64,000 bases of DNA, from contig CAYFVM010000001.1 in NCBI GenBank assembly GCA_964346725.1, positions 33,763 to 97,762 of the forward strand. Reading direction: 5' to 3'. Position 1 is the first letter of the stretch. Each line of letters begins with the position of its first letter. Of the stretch, positions 59,600 to 64,000 are shown piece after piece. The DNA comes from an uncultured Bacteroidales bacterium. GTDB taxonomy: Bacteria; Bacteroidota; Bacteroidia; Bacteroidales; UBA1715. The position numbers were made by a program, and so were the translations under genes. The notes under the pieces were generated by a model that ran no database searches, had not been told where the DNA came from, and saw only the letters and a list, made by a program, of their open reading frames with translations.

Positions 59600-60304
59600 A
59601 TGAAAAAATTGTTATTGAACTTGGCAGTATTAGCAACAGCACTAACGGGTGCAGTGAGTGCTTCAGCGCAAGAAACAGAAACTAAAAGTGCTTGTGAAAC
59701 AAAAACACATGTAGGTTTGGAAATTAAATCATCAGAAATATGGAGAGGACTTCAATTAGGTTCAGGTCCAGCTTTTAAGCCGACATTCTCTATTCAGGCA
59801 GGTGGTTTCTCTATTGGTGCAGAAGGATTAATGTGTACCGGAGAAGATCTAGGATTTGAAAGCAATCTCTTCATGAAATATCGCTTCCCATTTGATTTGA
59901 CTTTGGAAGTAACAGATTATTATAGAGGTGGAAACTGGATGGGTGTAAACTTTGATAATATTGCAAAAACTCACCAAATTGAACCAGCAATTCGTTATCA
60001 ATATGACAAGTTGCAATTCTATGCAGCATTCATGTTCTCTGAAGACTATGAAATGGATTTCTATGGTGAAGTATCATATGACTTTGATTTGTTCAAATTG
60101 GCAATAGGTGGTGGAGATGGTATCTACACAACAAGTCCAGTATGGAACAATGGTGGTGATTTTGCAATGTGCAACATATCAGTTTCAAAAGCATATAACA
60201 TTCAAGTTACTGACAAATTCGTGTTACCAATCGAAGGTGGTGTAGCTTTGAACCCAAGTATCGAACGTTTATATGCATTTGCTAGCATTAAATTGGGGAA
60301 ATAA
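59600..60304 (+). CDS. Putative outer-membrane beta-barrel protein (TorF/Gcw_chp-like, tentative)
   Basis: 234 aa with signal peptide ...GAVSASAQ. The N-terminal pattern SSEIWRGLQLGSGPAFKPTFSIQAGGFSIGAEG resembles the S-x-Y-x-x-RG...PA-x-Q family signature. The strand pattern alternates. Confidence 0.45.
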   Translation: MKKLLLNLAVLATALTGAVSASAQETETKSACETKTHVGLEIKSSEIWRGLQLGSGPAFKPTFSIQAGGFSIGAEGLMCTGEDLGFESNLFMKYRFPFDLTLEVTDYYRGGNWMGVNFDNIAKTHQIEPAIRYQYDKLQFYAAFMFSEDYEMDFYGEVSYDFDLFKLAIGGGDGIYTTSPVWNNGGDFAMCNISVSKAYNIQVTDKFVLPIEGGVALNPSIERLYAFASIKLGK

Positions 60305-60325
60305 TTTTCTCATTCTATCGCATAA

Positions 60326-60358
60326 AAAGACCCGTTGGTTTCTCCATCGGTTTTTTTT
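60326..60358 (+). terminator. Intrinsic terminator (imperfect stem)
   Basis: Stem ccgttgg / ccatcgg (one mismatch) with a 5-nt loop, followed by T8. Confidence 0.6.
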
Positions 60359-60417
60359 ATGTTCAAAAATAGTCCAATATTTTTTTTATATTTGAGAAAC
60401 ATTAAAACAATAACAAT

Positions 60418-60660
60418 ATGGTAGGATTATTATTATCTTTATTAATTGGCGCATTAGCAGGTTTTCTTGGAAGTAAAATCTTTTCAGGCGCAGGCAAAGG
60501 TTTATTGTTGAATTTAATCATCGGAATAGTTGGAGGTTTTCTTGGCGGTTGGGTCTTCAGTATGCTTGGAATAGGAGGCGGAGGTGTTTTCTGGCAACTT
60601 ATAAGTGCTACTGTAGGTGCTATTCTCCTTTTGTGGATATTATCACTAATCAAAAAGTAA
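60418..60660 (+). CDS. GlsB/YeaQ/YmgE-family (transglycosylase-associated) small membrane protein
   Basis: 80 aa, Gly-rich TM helices IGALAGFLGSKI...IGIVGGFLGGWVF. Confidence 0.85.
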   Translation: MVGLLLSLLIGALAGFLGSKIFSGAGKGLLLNLIIGIVGGFLGGWVFSMLGIGGGGVFWQLISATVGAILLLWILSLIKK

Positions 60661-60676
60661 GTAGACTACATTGTAA

Positions 60677-60711
60677 TAAAAAAGGCATCATTTTGGAATG
60701 ATGCCTTTTTT
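60677..60711. terminator. Bidirectional intrinsic terminator between convergent genes
   Basis: A run, stem ggcatcatt / aatgatgcc with loop ttgg, then a T run. Confidence 0.8.
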
Positions 60712-60728
60712 ATTTGGGGTATTTCTCT

Positions 60729-61607
60729 TTATAGTTTAGAGTAGGGAATATTGAACGAGTCTCCTTGCGACATATCTCCGGTTTTCAATCCATTGTTGAA
60801 CCAACGCATTCGTTGATCAGATGTTCCATGAGTAAATGAATCAGATTGAATGTCTTGGTATCCTGCACGCTTTTGTAAATAATCATCACCAATTTTACCT
60901 GCGGCATCAATGGCTTCTTGCATATCTCCGGGATCAAGAGAACCGAATGTTGCATTTTCTTTGTTGCCCCATACACCGGCAAAAAAATCTGCTTGCAACT
61001 CAAGACGTACACTCCAATTGTTTCTTTCTGTTTCTGTTCTAGCTTCAGACATTTTTTGATGTGTAGCTCCAAGAATTCCTAACTCATTTTGTACATGGTG
61101 CGCTACTTCGTGAGCTATAACATATGCATTGGTAAAATCACCGGTAGCACCCAATTGTTGTTTCATGGTAGCAAGAAAATCAAGGTCAATGTATATCTTA
61201 CGGTCGGCGGAGCAGTAGAATGGACCAGAAGCCGCACTTCCTTGCCCACAACCTGTTTGTGTTGTACCTTTGTATATTACTAAGGTCGGGGGATTGTAGC
61301 GTTTCCCCATTTTCTTGAATTCTGCTGCCCAAATATCTTCAGTGCTTGCCAAGATTTGCTTACTAAAAAGTTTCAAAGAATCTTCAAGCGGAGTAGACTG
61401 ATATTCGCCAGAAGTTGTTTCCGTAGTTCCTCCTTGTACCAAAGTGTTCACGCCTGATGAAAACGCTGAACCTAAATCACCTCCGGTAGAAAAGTAGGTA
61501 ATAACACCAACAATCAGTGCACCTATTATACCACCGCCAACTTTTGTTGTAGAAACGCCTCTGCGATCATCGACATTGCTACTTTCTCTACGACCTGTTA
61601 ATCTCAT
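60729..61607 (-). CDS. YpfJ-family putative neutral zinc metallopeptidase
   Basis: 292 aa. N-terminus MRLTGRRESSNVDDRRG, one TM, HEVAHHVQN. Confidence 0.85.
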   Translation of the reverse strand: MRLTGRRESSNVDDRRGVSTTKVGGGIIGALIVGVITYFSTGGDLGSAFSSGVNTLVQGGTTETTSGEYQSTPLEDSLKLFSKQILASTEDIWAAEFKKMGKRYNPPTLVIYKGTTQTGCGQGSAASGPFYCSADRKIYIDLDFLATMKQQLGATGDFTNAYVIAHEVAHHVQNELGILGATHQKMSEARTETERNNWSVRLELQADFFAGVWGNKENATFGSLDPGDMQEAIDAAGKIGDDYLQKRAGYQDIQSDSFTHGTSDQRMRWFNNGLKTGDMSQGDSFNIPYSKL

Positions 61608-61702
61608 AATACACGTTTTTTATTGATTAAAATCCAAAACAAATATAATGGTATTGTTGAATTTCTTTTGAAGTAGTTTTATTTTCTTACATATATGGAG
61701 AC

Positions 61703-61736
61703 AAAAAAAGCGAGCCAAATTTTGACTCGCTTTTTT
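61703..61736 (-). terminator. Intrinsic terminator after rpoD
   Basis: Stem gcgag / ctcgc flanked by A7 and T6 runs. The minus-strand reading ends in T7. Confidence 0.6.
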
Positions 61737-61752
61737 ATTGCTTATAGAACTA

Positions 61753-62616
61753 TTATCCTAAATATGATTTGAGGATTTTGCTTCGAGCGGTTTGTTTTAA
61801 ACGACGAACAGCTTTCTCTTTAATCTGACGAACACGTTCGCGCGTTAGACCTAATTCAGCGCCAATTTCTTCCAACGTAGAAGGATTCTTTTGTCCTATA
61901 CCGAAATACATGCGAACAATGTTTGCTTCACGTTCGGTAAGCGTTGAAATAGCACGGTCAATTTCTTTACGCAATGATTCTTGCAAAAGAGTTTGATCGG
62001 GAGAGGGGGTGTCTTTGTTGTCCAATACATCGTAAAGTGTACCTTCTTCACTCTGTGAAAGCGGCGCATCCATAGAAATATGGCGACCAGAGTTTTTCAT
62101 AGACTCTTTCACATCGTGCGCGCTACAATCCATTTCTGATGCAATTTCTTCAGCAGTTGGTTCACGTTCGTATTCTTGTTCCAATGAAGAAAACGTTTTG
62201 TTTATCTTATTGATGTTTCCAATTTTGTTTAATGGAAGGCGTACAATACGTGCTTGTTCAGCCAAAGCTTGCAAAATAGATTGACGAATCCACCACACTG
62301 CATACGAAATGAATTTGAATCCTCTTGTCTCATCAAAACGTTGAGCCGCTTTAATCAATCCTAAATTTCCTTCGTTGATAAGGTCAGGTAAACTCAATCC
62401 TTGATTTTGGTATTGTTTAGAAACAGAAACCACGAAACGCAAATTGGCTTTAATTAATTTGTCTAAAGCGCATTGGTCTCCTTCTTTAATTCTTTTTGCC
62501 AATTCAACCTCTTCTTCGGCTGAAATAAGGTCAACTTTTCCAATTTCGTGTAAATACTTGTCTAATGACGGTGTATCGCGGTTTGTAACCTGTTTGGTGA
62601 TCTTTAATTGACGCAT
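61753..62616 (-). CDS. rpoD: RNA polymerase primary sigma factor (Bacteroidota short sigma-A)
   Basis: 287 aa from ATG 62616 ([27 protein letters not shown]). It has region 2 ([26 protein letters not shown]) and region 4 (TLEEIG...[13 protein letters not shown]). The 80-aa N-terminal extension in the track ORF is rejected; a -7 box lies at 62664-62671. Confidence 0.93.
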   Translation of the reverse strand: MRQLKITKQVTNRDTPSLDKYLHEIGKVDLISAEEEVELAKRIKEGDQCALDKLIKANLRFVVSVSKQYQNQGLSLPDLINEGNLGLIKAAQRFDETRGFKFISYAVWWIRQSILQALAEQARIVRLPLNKIGNINKINKTFSSLEQEYEREPTAEEIASEMDCSAHDVKESMKNSGRHISMDAPLSQSEEGTLYDVLDNKDTPSPDQTLLQESLRKEIDRAISTLTEREANIVRMYFGIGQKNPSTLEEIGAELGLTRERVRQIKEKAVRRLKQTARSKILKSYLG

Positions 62617-62930
62617 TTTTGTATGTTTAAATCTAAGCCTAGTATGGACTATAAATAAGTGTGCAAATATAGAAAAATAAAATTCAAAACAAAGGTTTGG
62701 ATGGCTATTTTTGTCGGAAACAGCAAAAAAACTAGCTTTCAATAGTGTTCTTCTATTTAACACATTGGCGTTTAAAAGATCATTTGAGAACGCTTTAAAT
62801 AGAGTTAACGTAAAGAAAATGAAAGACAAACGTAGTTTTTTTTTTTGTTTTTGCAATTAGTTCAATAATAATATTATTTTTGCCGAGTAATTTAATTAAC
62901 ATAATGTCTAACTAATTTTAAAACCAAAAA

Positions 62931-64000
62931 ATGGTAAAAAAAGTAAAATCTGAAAACGAAGAATTGGAAAACGAAAACGTTGTAGTTGACGCTGATGTTG
63001 AAGTTCCTGCTCTAGAAGAAGTAGAAGAAACTACTGAAGAAGACAGCGCTTCTGATGATGAAATCAGTTCTATCGTTACAGCTGCAAAAGTGCGGCAAAA
63101 TGTATTCGATTGGGATAAATACGAAGCTGAAAAAGACGGCTATTCTAAATCGGAAAAAGAAGCATTACAAAACAAGTACGAACAAACTTTGTCTACTAAC
63201 AACGAAAATGAAGTAACTGAAGGTACTGTAGTTGCTATCTCAAAACGTGAAGTTGTTGTAAACATTGGATACAAATCTGAAGGTGTTGTTTCTTTCAACG
63301 AATTCCGCTACAATCCTGATTTAAAAGTAGGAGATAAAGTAGAAGTATACGTTGAAAGTCTTGAAGATAAATCAGGACAATTATTGCTTTCTCATAAAAA
63401 AGCAAGAGCAATGAAGTCATGGGATAGAGTTAATCAAGCTCTTGAAAACGGCGAAGTTGTTAAAGGTTTCGTTAAATGTAGAACTAAGGGCGGTATGATT
63501 GTAGATGTATTCGGTATCGAAGCATTCTTGCCAGGTTCTCAAATCGACGTGAAACCAATCCGCGATTACGATGTATTCGTAGGAAAAACTATGGAATTCA
63601 AAGTTGTTAAAATCAATAACGAATACAAAAACGTTGTTGTTTCTCACAAAGCTCTTATCGAAGCTGAACTTGAAATTCAAAAGAAAGAAATTATCTCTAA
63701 ATTGGAGAAAGGACAAGTACTTGAAGGTATCGTTAAAAACATTACAAGCTACGGTGTGTTCATCGACCTTGGTGGTGTTGACGGTCTTATCCACATTACT
63801 GACCTTTCTTGGGGACGTATTACTCATCCAGAAGAAATCGTACAACTTGACCAAAAAATCAATGTTGTTATCCTTGACTTCGATGATGACAAAAAACGTA
63901 TCGCTCTCGGCTTAAAACAATTGACTCCTCATCCATGGGATGCTTTAGATCCAAACTTGAAAGTTGGAGACAAAGTACACGGTAAAGTTGTAGTTATGGC
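62931..64000 (+). CDS. rpsA: 30S ribosomal protein S1, 3' end beyond the window
   Basis: Not in the ORF track because there is no stop in the window. My translation from ATG 62931 has an acidic N-terminus, then S1 domains: EGTVVAISKREVVVNIGYKSEGVVSFNEF, GEVVKGFVKCRTKGGMIVDVFGIEAFLPGSQ and GQVLEGIVKNITSYGVFIDLGGVDGLIHITD. A -7 box TATTTTTG lies at 62875-62882. Confidence 0.92.
   Translation, partial: MVKKVKSENEELENENVVVDADVEVPALEEVEETTEEDSASDDEISSIVTAAKVRQNVFDWDKYEAEKDGYSKSEKEALQNKYEQTLSTNNENEVTEGTVVAISKREVVVNIGYKSEGVVSFNEFRYNPDLKVGDKVEVYVESLEDKSGQLLLSHKKARAMKSWDRVNQALENGEVVKGFVKCRTKGGMIVDVFGIEAFLPGSQIDVKPIRDYDVFVGKTMEFKVVKINNEYKNVVVSHKALIEAELEIQKKEIISKLEKGQVLEGIVKNITSYGVFIDLGGVDGLIHITDLSWGRITHPEEIVQLDQKINVVILDFDDDKKRIALGLKQLTPHPWDALDPNLKVGDKVHGKVVVM

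Noticed and set aside
62617-62856. N-terminal extensions created by the ORF track's permissive starts: rpoD +80 aa, the MORN protein +55 aa, OmpA +39 aa, rlmN +21 aa, WYL +19 aa, porV +12 aa, and uvrA/dnaG +7 aa.
   Set aside because: The extensions have spacer-like composition, contain promoter boxes or terminator hairpins, and begin at TTG/GTG codons. The internal ATGs give the expected signal peptides or the family-typical N-termini and lengths.
63417-63915. ORFs 63417-63854 (minus strand) and 63604-63915 (plus strand, other frame) at the right end of the window.
   Set aside because: Both lie inside rpsA. The rpsA frame shows consecutive S1 domains and runs off the window, which is why it is missing from the ORF track.

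Overview
AT-rich chromosomal segment that looks like Bacteroidota: T9SS genes porV/porU/gldJ, a short 287-aa RpoD, and TAnnTTTG -7 promoter boxes ahead of many genes. The window is densely packed with mostly housekeeping genes. Two genes run off the window edges and are missing from the ORF track: PBP1A (left) and rpsA (right). rpmH (52 aa) is also missing because it is below the track's size cut-off. Recognisable genes in order: topA, prfA, ispF, porV, porU, a PorP/SprF-like gene, gldJ, murF, rsmG, alaS, carB, pcm, rlmN, uvrA, a small Wza/Wzc/WecA/GT4 polysaccharide-export block, dnaG, tRNA-Pro(CGG), rpoD. I found no CRISPR array, transposase, integrase, prophage or obvious defence island. 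I cannot point to a clear new multi-gene system. The items most worth a second look are: (1) a leader ORF, U-tract and terminator upstream of carB that resembles a pyrBI-type attenuator; (2) a promoter-to-terminator unit of about 65 nt with no ORF between chrA and pcm, a candidate sRNA; (3) a single-polypeptide acyl-AMP ligase / carrier domain / lysolipid acyltransferase fusion; (4) an arginase-fold protein with 3 of 6 metal ligands replaced; (5) a membrane GT2 with processive-synthase motifs co-oriented with two secreted unknown proteins; (6) an orphan WYL regulator with tandem direct repeats over its own promoter; (7) two genes each broken by a +1 frameshift in a 5-nt homopolymer. All functional calls come from motif recognition by eye. 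No database search was run.
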